Program-made: the position numbers and the translations under genes
Notes under the pieces: model-generated
Databases searched by the model: none
What the model saw: only the letters and a program-made list of their open reading frames with translations
Told to the model about the DNA's origin: nothing
Part shown: positions 9,095 through 18,154 of the stretch, piece by piece
Numbering within the stretch: the first letter of the stretch is position 1
How the letters are laid out: every line of letters starts with the position of its first letter
Origin: an uncultured virus (IMG/VR IMGVR_UViG_3300024354_000012)
Taxonomy: Duplodnaviria; Heunggongvirae; Uroviricota; Caudoviricetes
IMG/VR virus record: IMGVR_UViG_3300024354_000012
Reading direction: 5' to 3' (one strand)
DNA: 54,217 nt

Positions 9095-11785
9095 ATGGCT
9101 GTAACATGGAATACTCCAGCTGGTACCTTAGGTACATTAAATGAAAGAACTAAACAAAATATAGTTCTTTCTGCCAGCTCTGGCGTATCTGCTGTCACTT
9201 ATAAGCTGATATCAGGTTCATTACCTCTCGGGCTACGATTAGAAAATAATACCATAGTAGGTACTCCATTCGAAGTTAAGAAACCAATTACTTCTAGATT
9301 TGTTATCCGAGCTAGTGACAGTGTAGATAAAAAAGATAGAACATTCGAAATAACAGTGTTAGGGGCAGATGAACCATTTTGGGTTACACCAGACGGACTT
9401 TTACCGGTAGGTCCTAATTACACATACTTTGTGCTTGATAACGACAAAGTTGATTTCCAACTATTAGCTTTAGATCCTGACATTCCGGCAGGCGACAAAA
9501 TAGAATACTACATACCATTCGACGGTGGGGAACTTCCCCCAGGTCTCACATTGTCATCAACTGGTAGGATTTCAGGTTTTACAAAACCAATTTTTGCTCT
9601 AGAAAATAAAATTTATAATTCTAACTATGACAGGAATTTATATGATTCAGAACCATATGATCTAGGTGCTTTACCTATCAACGGTTTTGATAGTTTCGGG
9701 TTCGACGTACAGACATTTGATTACTTTGATGCTGTAATGTTTCCAAGAAAGTTGACTAGATTTTATCAATTCGTTGTAGTAGCCTCAGATGGATTACATG
9801 ACGAAAGAAGAACTTTTAAAATCTATGTAGTCAGCGAAGATTTCTTGAAATCAGATAATACCATAATGCAAGTAGGAACTGGTATATTCAGAGCCGACAA
9901 CACATATGTAAGAGCTCCTATATGGATCACTGAACCCGATCTAGGCACAAGACGAGCTAATAATTATGTTACTTTAAATCTAGAAGTGTTCCACCCAGAT
10001 ACATGGCCAGGTACAATCACTTTTAGATTAAATGATATCAATCCTCAGATAAGAGCAGAAACTCTATCTATAGTTAGAGATACCGACACATACTTAGATG
10101 TACAAATAAAACCAACCGTGGCTGGTGATTATCCTGTTCCTAATAAAAAACAACTGATATCGGTCTATGATGTAGCCACATTTACTGATAGCACACTTGG
10201 ATCATATTCTATCGACAATATCGTATATCAAGGCAATAACAAGTATAGAATTTACGTAGATCCAAGAATAAATGGCAAGATACCCAAAGGATCTGAAATA
10301 CTTTTCGGAACTCCAAGCGTGGTGCCTAAAGGCATGGTATTAGATACGATAGAAGGAAAATTAACAGGCAAAGTACCGTATCAACCCAGAATAACAGAAA
10401 CATTTGAATTCAGTGTGGTGGCTACTACTACCTATCCATCAGGAACACAGGCCAGTAGTATTAGAACATTCACTATCAAGACTATCGGTGAGCTTGAGAC
10501 GGGTATCAAATGGATATCACCTGCTGAACTTGGATCAATCAGTCCAAATAAAGATAGCCAATTAGTAATCGAAGCTGAATCATTACTAAGAAACGGTCTA
10601 GTAACTTATCAACTAGTACCCGGAAAAGGAGTTTTACCTCCAGGTCTTACTTTACTATCAACTGGCGAAATCATTGGAAAAGTTAGACAAATCGGAACAT
10701 TCAATTCAACTGGTTTTATCTATGACTTAGATGGTGGCTCAGCATCCGGTAGTGGCAACATAACCGTAGATAATGGGGACTCCTTATCAACAAATTTTCT
10801 CACTCTTGATGGCAATACGACTACGAACATTACACGCGGTTTAACAAGATTTTATAATTATGACGGTAGTAGTGAAAGAGATTTTAATGTTACATTTGAT
10901 AATACATTAACATCATTTGATAAAGAATTTACATTTGTAGTTGCTGCTAGAGATATCTACAATTATTCCAGTTCATCTAAAACTTTTAAGATAGTTGTAT
11001 CAGGTATCAGTGATATAGTTTACAGCAATCTCAGTTTCAAGGTATTACAGAAAAAAAGCAAAAGAGATCGTTGGTACACATTTATATCTGACACCACTAT
11101 TTTCAATCCCGAAAAAATTTATAGATATGGGGATCCGGCATTTGGTATACAGGACAGTTTGACTATGTTAGTTTATGCCGGTATACAAAGTTCTAACATA
11201 GATATGTTTGTTGAAGCTGTCAGCAGGAATCACTATAACAAAAGATTGAAATTCGGTGACATCAAAAAAGCTGTCGCTAAAGATCCTACGACACAAGAAA
11301 TTATTTACGAAGTAGTCTATGTCGATGTAGTCGACGATCTAGTAAAAAATGGCAAGAGCATCAGTAGACAGATAAATCTTCCAGATAATATAAATCGACC
11401 TGTGAGAGTCGATGTTGATACTATCAGAGTAGACAGCAATAACTTTCTTGCTAGTGATAGAGATGTACAGACAATATGGCCAAACAGTATCAAAAATATG
11501 AGAAAACGTATCAAAAGTACAGGCCTTAATGATCGAACCTATCTGCCGCTTTGGATGAGAAGCATACAGGAATCTAGTTTCGTAGAACCTGGATGGGTTA
11601 GTGCGATGCCTATCTGCTACTGTTTACCAGGAGCAGCAGATGACATCATAATAAACATAAAGAATCTAAGCGATTTCGATTTTAAAACCATAGACTTTGA
11701 AGTAGATCGATATCTGATTGATTCTACCGACGGAATACTACAGGATAAATATCTAGCATTTCCGCAACGTGGAGAAATAATATAA
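9095..11785 (+). CDS. Virion/baseplate protein with putative Ig-like (He_PIG-type) repeats
   Basis: Repeated W.TP.G.LG and G.LP.GL.L..G.I.G motifs. Confidence 0.7.
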   Translation: MAVTWNTPAGTLGTLNERTKQNIVLSASSGVSAVTYKLISGSLPLGLRLENNTIVGTPFEVKKPITSRFVIRASDSVDKKDRTFEITVLGADEPFWVTPDGLLPVGPNYTYFVLDNDKVDFQLLALDPDIPAGDKIEYYIPFDGGELPPGLTLSSTGRISGFTKPIFALENKIYNSNYDRNLYDSEPYDLGALPINGFDSFGFDVQTFDYFDAVMFPRKLTRFYQFVVVASDGLHDERRTFKIYVVSEDFLKSDNTIMQVGTGIFRADNTYVRAPIWITEPDLGTRRANNYVTLNLEVFHPDTWPGTITFRLNDINPQIRAETLSIVRDTDTYLDVQIKPTVAGDYPVPNKKQLISVYDVATFTDSTLGSYSIDNIVYQGNNKYRIYVDPRINGKIPKGSEILFGTPSVVPKGMVLDTIEGKLTGKVPYQPRITETFEFSVVATTTYPSGTQASSIRTFTIKTIGELETGIKWISPAELGSISPNKDSQLVIEAESLLRNGLVTYQLVPGKGVLPPGLTLLSTGEIIGKVRQIGTFNSTGFIYDLDGGSASGSGNITVDNGDSLSTNFLTLDGNTTTNITRGLTRFYNYDGSSERDFNVTFDNTLTSFDKEFTFVVAARDIYNYSSSSKTFKIVVSGISDIVYSNLSFKVLQKKSKRDRWYTFISDTTIFNPEKIYRYGDPAFGIQDSLTMLVYAGIQSSNIDMFVEAVSRNHYNKRLKFGDIKKAVAKDPTTQEIIYEVVYVDVVDDLVKNGKSISRQINLPDNINRPVRVDVDTIRVDSNNFLASDRDVQTIWPNSIKNMRKRIKSTGLNDRTYLPLWMRSIQESSFVEPGWVSAMPICYCLPGAADDIIINIKNLSDFDFKTIDFEVDRYLIDSTDGILQDKYLAFPQRGEII
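11744..11751 (+). promoter_or_regulatory. T4-type late promoter (GATAAATA)
   Basis: Motif lies 35 nt upstream of the ATG at 11787. Confidence 0.5.
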
Positions 11786-11786
11786 A

Positions 11787-12362
11787 ATGGCAAGCAACAT
11801 AAATTCAGCACAGATTGATGAAACTTATCCAATCGCAGGAGTAGATAACGATACTCAAGGATTTAGAGATAATTTCAATTATACCAAGATCGGACTAGCT
11901 ACAGCAGCTACCGAAATTACAGACCTACAGGCTAATACAGCTAAAATCAATGTAGACAACGATTTCAACAAAAAGGCGATCACCAATGCCGTGTTAAGAA
12001 ATAATATTCACAGTTTTCTTAACCTAGGTACACGTAGCGGAGCGATCGTTATCAACTTCGGAAATGCTGATCATCAATATGTGTCATTAAGCGGCGATGC
12101 ACAGTTTACTTTCGAAGGGTTTCCTGTAGACAATTCTGTGTCAGTTATATTAGAAATTAGAGGCGACGGTACTGCTAGAACTATCACTTTCCCTACAGAT
12201 GGTGTTATACCAGTATTAAAAGCCAACTTTCCTGCTAATCCTATCACAGTGACTAGCGCAACTTCGGCTATGTTGGTAAGAGTAACTACAAGAGCCAAAA
12301 GCATAGATCCCGGTTCATTGGCTAGATGCTATTTGGTAGAATGTATGGGCGTATTCAACTAA
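11787..12362 (+). CDS. Putative virion structural protein
   Basis: Structural gene context, late promoter, GGAGA SD; N-terminal YPIAGVDNDTQGFRDNF followed by a beta-rich domain. Confidence 0.55.
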   Translation: MASNINSAQIDETYPIAGVDNDTQGFRDNFNYTKIGLATAATEITDLQANTAKINVDNDFNKKAITNAVLRNNIHSFLNLGTRSGAIVINFGNADHQYVSLSGDAQFTFEGFPVDNSVSVILEIRGDGTARTITFPTDGVIPVLKANFPANPITVTSATSAMLVRVTTRAKSIDPGSLARCYLVECMGVFN

Positions 12363-12363
12363 T

Positions 12364-12606
12364 ATGATACATCCGTTCCAAGCCGATCTTAGCACACTCA
12401 AAGATTCGGAAGTAGAGCTGAAGTTACAAGAACTGACTAAAAAATATTATCAAGCACAGAGATTAGGAAACCGAGATCTCTTGACACAAGTCTTAACCTT
12501 TGTTACAATATACAGAGAAGAGCTAGCTAGACGTTTGAGAAACAATGGAACAAATGCGTCTAAAGGACTAGATAAAGACTTGGATCAATTGATTAATGTT
12601 GAATAA
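12364..12606 (+). CDS. Hypothetical helical protein
   Basis: Tightly packed ORF between its neighbours. Confidence 0.6.
   Translation: MIHPFQADLSTLKDSEVELKLQELTKKYYQAQRLGNRDLLTQVLTFVTIYREELARRLRNNGTNASKGLDKDLDQLINVE
12481..12509 (+). promoter_or_regulatory. Sigma70-type promoter TTGACA-N17-TACAAT
   Basis: Near-consensus -35/-10 inside the preceding ORF, upstream of the dnaE-like fragment. Confidence 0.7.
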
Positions 12607-13078
12607 CGCAGACAAAGACATCATAGAAGGACTGTTAAAATACGGACCTTCTGCTCTAGAAGATTCTTTCGTCACAGACCTATCTCCCAATTTAGAAAAA
12701 TATATTGAACGCTGTTTAGAAGAAAAACTAAACTATCCTATGCCAATGTCCGAATTACCAAAAGGACGCTCTTGGTTTATTCCACACAATTACCAAACAA
12801 TGGATATAGAAGGATTCCTAGTCAATCAATGTCCAAAAGAAAACTACGGACGTTTAGTCGATGAACTAGATCTATATAAAAAACATAATCTATTAGATAT
12901 TTTAAAAGTATCAAAATACTTGGTCGATACTCTTAGAGCAAATAATATAGTCTGGGGTGTGGGACGAGGTAGTGCCGTTTCTAGCTACTGTCTATATCTT
13001 ATAGGACTACATAAGATAGACAGCGTTAAATACAAATTACCTATAACAGAGTTTTTCAAAGGAGAAACAGATGGCTAA
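12596..13078 (+). CDS. DNA polymerase III alpha (DnaE)-like fragment
   Basis: RLVDELDLY...GVGRGSAVSSYCLYLIGLHKIDSVKY matches DnaE [23 protein letters not shown]. It ends before the catalytic PDIDxDF motif. Confidence 0.8.
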   Translation: MLNNADKDIIEGLLKYGPSALEDSFVTDLSPNLEKYIERCLEEKLNYPMPMSELPKGRSWFIPHNYQTMDIEGFLVNQCPKENYGRLVDELDLYKKHNLLDILKVSKYLVDTLRANNIVWGVGRGSAVSSYCLYLIGLHKIDSVKYKLPITEFFKGETDG

Positions 13079-13178
13079 AAGAAATGGACAAAGAAAGGTT
13101 AAGGTAGTGGCAGCTAGAAACGCTAGACGTATCTTACAAGGACGTAAGCTACCAAAGACAAGAATTAAAAGGAGATAA
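13071..13178 (+). CDS. 35-aa highly basic peptide (not in ORF track)
   Basis: AAAGGAGA SD, then MAKRNGQRKVKVVAARNARRILQGRKLPKTRIKRR; fills the gap between neighbouring genes. Confidence 0.7.
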   Translation: MAKRNGQRKVKVVAARNARRILQGRKLPKTRIKRR

Positions 13179-13180
13179 TA

Positions 13181-13414
13181 ATGGGTAAAACAGTTAGAAC
13201 CATGCAGGGCAGAGAAATCGACATGGAAAAACTCACCCTAGTCAACGAACTCGTACAGGCTGTAGGCAACGCTAAAGTCAATGCCCGCGGTGACCAATTA
13301 GGTCCAGGTGGCAAGATCGTAAAGACTAGAGAAGAATTGATGGCAGAATATTACAATCGTAATCCCAGGTCAGTAAAAGCAGAAAATCCTACACCTAAGA
13401 AAGCGGAGGAATAA
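13181..13414 (+). CDS. Hypothetical protein
   Basis: Strong AAGGAGA SD; stop overlaps the groES start. Confidence 0.7.
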   Translation: MGKTVRTMQGREIDMEKLTLVNELVQAVGNAKVNARGDQLGPGGKIVKTREELMAEYYNRNPRSVKAENPTPKKAEE

Positions 13415-13806
13415 TGTCAGTAGTCAAAGGTAAATTGCGAATCCTCCGTGACAAAATCATGGTCAGTGATATGTATTTCGGTGAGCAGAAAACTGCCAGC
13501 GGCATTATTATCAAAAGTGATGACGGCAAGGTAGAAGGTATCTATCCTCGCTGGGGTAAGGTGTTTGCCGTTGGTCCTGAACATAAAGAAGATTTCGGAG
13601 TTGGTGATTGGATCCTAGTCGAACACGGTCGTTGGACAAGAGGTATCGAATATGATAATGGCGGTGACGAACCTGTTACTATTAGACTGGTAGAAAACAA
13701 AGCCATATTAATGTGGAGTTCTGAAAAACCAAACGACACAGTAAATATCAACCAAGGCATCGCAGTTCCGAATGCCGTAGACGCTTATAGATTGGAAAAC
13801 AAATGA
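13414..13806 (+). CDS. groES: GroES-like co-chaperonin
   Basis: LRILRDKIMV, mobile loop EQKTASGIII, GKVFAVGP, VGDWILV. Confidence 0.8.
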   Translation: MSVVKGKLRILRDKIMVSDMYFGEQKTASGIIIKSDDGKVEGIYPRWGKVFAVGPEHKEDFGVGDWILVEHGRWTRGIEYDNGGDEPVTIRLVENKAILMWSSEKPNDTVNINQGIAVPNAVDAYRLENK

Positions 13807-14177
13807 CGAATCCGTTCCGTGATCAAGAACAGTTTATGACAGCCTGTGACCAAACAGTACAGGGGTTGAATCTAGCTCAATTTCAAATGTACTGTAATCT
13901 CATAGCAGAAGAAATGGGCGAACTCAGTCAAGCTATGACTTCTGACAACAGCGTAGAAACCTTAGACGCTTTGATCGATATCTTGGTAGTCACTATCGGT
14001 GCTATACATAGTATCGGAGCAGATGCTGAGGGTGCGTGGAAAGAAGTCATGCGCACAAACTTTGCTAAGATCGATCCAGAAACAGGCAAGGTTCGCAAGC
14101 GTGAAGACGGCAAGGTTTTAAAGCCAGAGGGATGGCAACCTCCCAACCTTAGACCTTTGTTAGTCAAACAAGCATAA
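13803..14177 (+). CDS. MazG-like all-alpha NTP pyrophosphohydrolase
   Basis: LIAEEMGEL...ETLDALIDILVV...EVMRTNFAK...REDGKVLKPEGW. Confidence 0.8.
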   Translation: MTNPFRDQEQFMTACDQTVQGLNLAQFQMYCNLIAEEMGELSQAMTSDNSVETLDALIDILVVTIGAIHSIGADAEGAWKEVMRTNFAKIDPETGKVRKREDGKVLKPEGWQPPNLRPLLVKQA

Positions 14178-14201
14178 GGGTCTTGACAGACCCTTTTTTT
14201 T
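14176..14201 (+). terminator. Intrinsic terminator AAGGGTCT-TGAC-AGACCCTT + T tract
   Basis: Perfect 8-bp stem right at the stop codon, followed by a run of T. Confidence 0.75.
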
Positions 14202-14211
14202 CCTCTATACT
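14183..14211 (+). promoter_or_regulatory. Sigma70-type promoter TTGACA-N17-TATACT
   Basis: The -35 overlaps the terminator loop; the ATG at 14218 lies at the expected +1. Confidence 0.75.
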
Positions 14212-14217
14212 ATAATC

Positions 14218-14655
14218 ATGGCTATTCCCTTACGAGACGATTTGATGGTACAGCAGCAGTTGCCGGCTAAGGACGAAAAGATTCGTGCTTGGCAACACAT
14301 GGTTGGTGTCATCATGCTTAACCAAACTGGACGCAAGCCAGTGAAATATGTGCTACCTCTATTCTTAGAAAAATGGCCTACTCCCAAACAATTCTTGTGG
14401 GCTTCCATCGATGATGTAAAAGAAATCATCTGGCCATTAGGCATGTACAATGTACGATTTAAAAGACTCAAACTCATGACCGCAGATTTCATGTCTTGGG
14501 ATGGGGTTGATGCAAAACAATTATACGGCATTGGCAAGTACGGCAGCGATAGTTATGAAATCTTCTTTAAGAACAATTATGATGTACAACCAACTGACAA
14601 AGAACTAAAAAGGTACCTAAATGACGAGATCAGAAATTTTGACACTGCTTGCTGA
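14218..14655 (+). CDS. HhH-GPD DNA glycosylase, MBD4-like
   Basis: IMLNQT, PLGMYNVR, LYGIGKYGSDSYEIF and PTDKELKRY parallel MBD4 IFLNRT, PLGLYDLR, LHGIGKYGNDSYRIF and PEDHKLNKY. Confidence 0.8.
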   Translation: MAIPLRDDLMVQQQLPAKDEKIRAWQHMVGVIMLNQTGRKPVKYVLPLFLEKWPTPKQFLWASIDDVKEIIWPLGMYNVRFKRLKLMTADFMSWDGVDAKQLYGIGKYGSDSYEIFFKNNYDVQPTDKELKRYLNDEIRNFDTAC

Positions 14656-14887
14656 AGGCGTATATACTGTTACGTTCACTAAAGTTAGCGGAGAGTTACG
14701 TTCTATGCCTTGTACGCTAAAGGCAGATCTTGTTCCGCCGCCTAAGGCAGAACAACCAGAAACACAAAAGAAAGTAAGAGAAATCAACGAAAATGTAGTA
14801 GTAGCTTTCTGTACTGATAAAAAAGAATGGCGCAGTTTTCGTGTAGCTAATGTAATAGAAATCAAACCATTTGAAGAAACAGTATGA
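14621..14887 (+). CDS. Small WYL/SH3-like beta-barrel protein
   Basis: VTFTKVSGELRSMPCTL...DKKEWRSFRVANV. Confidence 0.65.
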   Translation: MTRSEILTLLAEGVYTVTFTKVSGELRSMPCTLKADLVPPPKAEQPETQKKVREINENVVVAFCTDKKEWRSFRVANVIEIKPFEETV

Positions 14888-15084
14888 GCACAATACCATT
14901 ATTAGAAAAACTTGCGGTACAAAGTCTCGTCGAATATAAAGGCGAATTAATCTTTAGTAAAGAAAAATTCGCCGAGTTAATCATAGAAGAATGCGCATCC
15001 TTATTTCCTATGACGTTTACTGACGAACAATATCAGCGTAGAATAGACAAAACTATTAGAAAACATTTCGGAGTTCAAGAATGA
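14884..15084 (+). CDS. Hypothetical protein
   Basis: ATGA overlaps on both sides; EKFAELIIEEC...IRKHFGV. Confidence 0.6.
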   Translation: MSTIPLLEKLAVQSLVEYKGELIFSKEKFAELIIEECASLFPMTFTDEQYQRRIDKTIRKHFGVQE

Positions 15085-16004
15085 AAGAACTGTGGGTAGA
15101 AAAATATCGTCCTAAAACACTAGACGGTTATGTGTGGCGAGACGAACATCAAAAGAAGCAGGTAGAATCTTGGGTCAAGAGCAAGTCTATTCCGCATCTG
15201 CTACTAAGCGGAAGTCCCGGCATAGGTAAAACTACTATGGCCAAGATGTTGATACACGAAATCGGTATCGAAGAGTATGACGTGCTAGAACTAAATGCTA
15301 GTCGTCAGCGTGGTATTGACGAAGTACGTGACACTATTACTAACTTTGTTAGCATGATGCCTTTTGGTCCATTTAAAGTCGTTCTATTAGATGAGGCGGA
15401 CTTTCTAACACCGCAGGCGCAGGCATCGTTGCGTGGAGTCATGGAAGAATTCCATAATACTGCGAGATTTATACTAACCTGTAATAAACCGCACATGATC
15501 ATGGATGCTATCCACAGTCGCTGTCAGACTTTCCACTTTCATAAACTAGATCAGATGGATTTTATCACTCGCGTAGAAAACATATTGACCATGGAAAATA
15601 TCAAATTTGATATTGAAGATCTAGCATCTTATGTGTCTGTAACCTATCCCGATCTTAGAAAATGTATCAATATGTTACAGCAAAACTCTACAGAAGGAGT
15701 TTTGATTAAACCAGAAAAGGGAGACTCGGGAGAAAATGATTGGCGCTTTGACATGATTGAATTATTCAAAGCAGGCAAGATAAATGATGCGAGAAAAATG
15801 CTCTGCGGCAAACTACGTGCCGAAGAAATGGAAGAAGTGTTTACTTGGTTGTATAACAACACAGAAGTTTTCGGTGACGAAACCAAACAAGATAGCGCCA
15901 TCCTTATCATTAAGCAAGGATTAGTGGATCACGGTCTGATCGTAGATCCCGAAATCAATCTGTCAGCGACACTGGTCAAACTGGCTAGGCTGACCAGTGC
16001 TTAA
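15081..16004 (+). CDS. Clamp loader AAA+ subunit (T4 gp44/RFC small subunit-like)
   Basis: LWVEKYRP, Walker A GSPGIGKTT, LELNAS, Walker B LLDEAD, SRC motif. Confidence 0.92.
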   Translation: MKELWVEKYRPKTLDGYVWRDEHQKKQVESWVKSKSIPHLLLSGSPGIGKTTMAKMLIHEIGIEEYDVLELNASRQRGIDEVRDTITNFVSMMPFGPFKVVLLDEADFLTPQAQASLRGVMEEFHNTARFILTCNKPHMIMDAIHSRCQTFHFHKLDQMDFITRVENILTMENIKFDIEDLASYVSVTYPDLRKCINMLQQNSTEGVLIKPEKGDSGENDWRFDMIELFKAGKINDARKMLCGKLRAEEMEEVFTWLYNNTEVFGDETKQDSAILIIKQGLVDHGLIVDPEINLSATLVKLARLTSA

Positions 16005-16022
16005 CTGCTAGGTAATTATAGT

Positions 16023-16760
16023 TTATCTTCCCTCTGAGTCTCCGTAAATTGCTAGCACTTCTTTCACAGCGATATGTCTTTCAACATCTTCTACTGTGAA
16101 GTGAGCCGTATCTACATACTTTTGATTTTTAAAATCATCATATAATTTTAAAAATTCTAACAGACCATTTGATGTAGGTCTGTCAGCTTGTTGTAGATCT
16201 CCTGTTACTACCATCTTGGAACCATCTCCAAGACGTGTAAGTAGCATTTTCATTTGGCTGGGCGTAGCATTTTGCATTTCATCAGCGATAATGAATGATT
16301 TCTTGAAGGTCCTTCCTCTCATATATGCCAAAGGACTGATTTCAATCACCCCCTCTTTGACAAAGTTTTCTATTTCTTTGGCATAATAGTATTCTTCAAA
16401 AACATCAAAAATAGGTCTAGTCCAGGGCTCCATCTTTTGCTGTAGGGTACCTGGCAAGAATCCATGCTGCTCGTCCACACTAACAGCTGGACGAGTTACC
16501 ACGATCTTGTCTACTTCTCCTTCCTGGAACAGTTTGACTGCCATTTGACAGGCCAACATGGTTTTACCCGTACCCGCAGGTCCGATAGCAAATACTATGT
16601 GGTTTTGTGGATTTTGGAGTTTGAGTAGATAAGTCTCTTGATTGAGATTCTTGGGATATATTAGAACGCGATTTTTCTTTTTTGGAAGGAATTTATTTAG
16701 TTGGACTACATTATCTTGCTGGTGTAACGCTTGATTTCTAGCTTTTCTGTTTTTTCTCAA
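16023..16760 (-). CDS. phoH: PhoH-family ATPase
   Basis: GPAGTGKT, VTRPAV, GFLPG, PLAYMRGRTF, DEMQN, GDLQQAD. Start re-placed at TTG 16760 behind an AGGAGG SD (16768-16773). Confidence 0.92.
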   Translation of the reverse strand: MRKNRKARNQALHQQDNVVQLNKFLPKKKNRVLIYPKNLNQETYLLKLQNPQNHIVFAIGPAGTGKTMLACQMAVKLFQEGEVDKIVVTRPAVSVDEQHGFLPGTLQQKMEPWTRPIFDVFEEYYYAKEIENFVKEGVIEISPLAYMRGRTFKKSFIIADEMQNATPSQMKMLLTRLGDGSKMVVTGDLQQADRPTSNGLLEFLKLYDDFKNQKYVDTAHFTVEDVERHIAVKEVLAIYGDSEGR

Positions 16761-16829
16761 AGGATAGCCTCCTGTTATAGTGTTAGGCACGGACCTTTAG
16801 ACCGTAGTGTCCGTGTCCGAACACAAAAT

Positions 16830-16837
16830 TATTTAAG
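16830..16837 (-). promoter_or_regulatory. Late-type promoter (CTTAAATA) for phoH
   Basis: TAAATA core on the minus strand, divergent from the motif at 16879. Confidence 0.45.
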
Positions 16838-16878
16838 TTCGTGCGCTCAAAATAAAGTATAAACACATTGATTTTTGA

Positions 16879-16886
16879 AATAAATA
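16879..16886 (+). promoter_or_regulatory. Late-type promoter (AATAAATA)
   Basis: TAAATA core upstream of a GAGG SD and the ATG at 16908. Confidence 0.55.
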
Positions 16887-16907
16887 ACTGTGAGGACTTA
16901 AAACACT

Positions 16908-17420
16908 ATGCGCGATACTAAAGATATCCTAAAAAACATACAAAACATATATGATTCTAACAATTCATTAAACATTCTCAAGGATTTTGAGAGGGTGCTA
17001 GATGAACTAGATGTATATGTGTATGAAAACTGGTTAGACGGCGAGCTCGTCGAGGGACCTGTAGAATCCAGATATTTCGTCTCCTGTACATTTATGTGGC
17101 CAGAAAAAGAAATGCCCAATCCTAAAGGTGGACAAAGATTGTTAGAGTACGGTTGTAGAGTATTCTTCCAAGAAGACGAAGTATCAACAGTAAGAAAGAT
17201 TAAATCACCCGATGACATCAGACCGGGTACAAGGAAAGGCAAGATTGATACTAAAAAAGTTTGGTTAGTTGAAATCCGTATGCCTAAAAAATTAATGTTT
17301 GATATTGACAAAGGCTACAGCACTCTCAAGAAAAACAAAGTAAATGACCCTATGTCTAATATTCCAGTTGCTCCGGTCAATACTAACCAACCAGTCGAAG
17401 ACATTGGAGCTACACCATGA
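16908..17420 (+). CDS. Hypothetical protein (late gene)
   Basis: Long ORF with SD and late promoter; no recognised motif. Confidence 0.7.
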   Translation: MRDTKDILKNIQNIYDSNNSLNILKDFERVLDELDVYVYENWLDGELVEGPVESRYFVSCTFMWPEKEMPNPKGGQRLLEYGCRVFFQEDEVSTVRKIKSPDDIRPGTRKGKIDTKKVWLVEIRMPKKLMFDIDKGYSTLKKNKVNDPMSNIPVAPVNTNQPVEDIGATP

Positions 17421-18154
17421 GACAACTACGAGAAGGTCTTAGACCCAACGACCTAGAAGACATGGTCGTTTCTCTTTTCGAGATAGATGCTTTCCAAAGC
17501 AAAATGGGCGATGACCGTGATGTCTGTGTATTAAGTTTCCGAGTGAGGGATCGAGCACCAGCTAAAGACATGATGGAATTCATCGAAAAAGGTTTTGATT
17601 TTGTTTTAGATTCAGATGTCAGTGCCGGCGAAGATCGTTACGGGCAATATCATGTATTTGTTGAATTAAAGAGAACACCTAACTTAGCAAAACAGATAAC
17701 AGAACTTGCCGACGGTATGAGAAGATTGACCGGTGTTGATAACTGGCGATTCAAATATTATAAACAGTTCAAAGCACACGATCTCAATGAAGATAATGTA
17801 AACAAAGTCGTTCCTACTAGTGCCAACGACTACGACATGATGATGGAAAACATCCGTGTGGAAAGCATACAGAAGTTTTTTAACAAAACCTACAAAGACG
17901 AAATAGTAGTAGAAGGCAATAGAGTAACTATCACAAAACCCTTTGGTATCAAGATGAATTTTGATATTGTAGGTTTCGGAGATAAGGATTCTATCTCCAG
18001 AGATCTAAATGAAACATTAAAGATGGATACCAAGAGCACCGCAGAAGCCATGTGGTTAACTAAACTTCTTGGCGATTTTAACATCAACAAATATGGTGAA
18101 TCATTTGTTTTAGAAAATGGTAACAAGGCCATGTCTATAAGGATCGTATTCTAA
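17417..18154 (+). CDS. Hypothetical protein with leader-like N-terminus (MRQLRE/G)
   Basis: ATGA-coupled ORF of 245 aa. Confidence 0.7.
   Translation: MRQLREGLRPNDLEDMVVSLFEIDAFQSKMGDDRDVCVLSFRVRDRAPAKDMMEFIEKGFDFVLDSDVSAGEDRYGQYHVFVELKRTPNLAKQITELADGMRRLTGVDNWRFKYYKQFKAHDLNEDNVNKVVPTSANDYDMMMENIRVESIQKFFNKTYKDEIVVEGNRVTITKPFGIKMNFDIVGFGDKDSISRDLNETLKMDTKSTAEAMWLTKLLGDFNINKYGESFVLENGNKAMSIRIVF

Noticed and set aside
12596..13180. Split intein, intron or frameshift continuing dnaE
   Set aside because: No intein N-terminal motif, and the downstream ORFs have their own SDs and no DnaE similarity.
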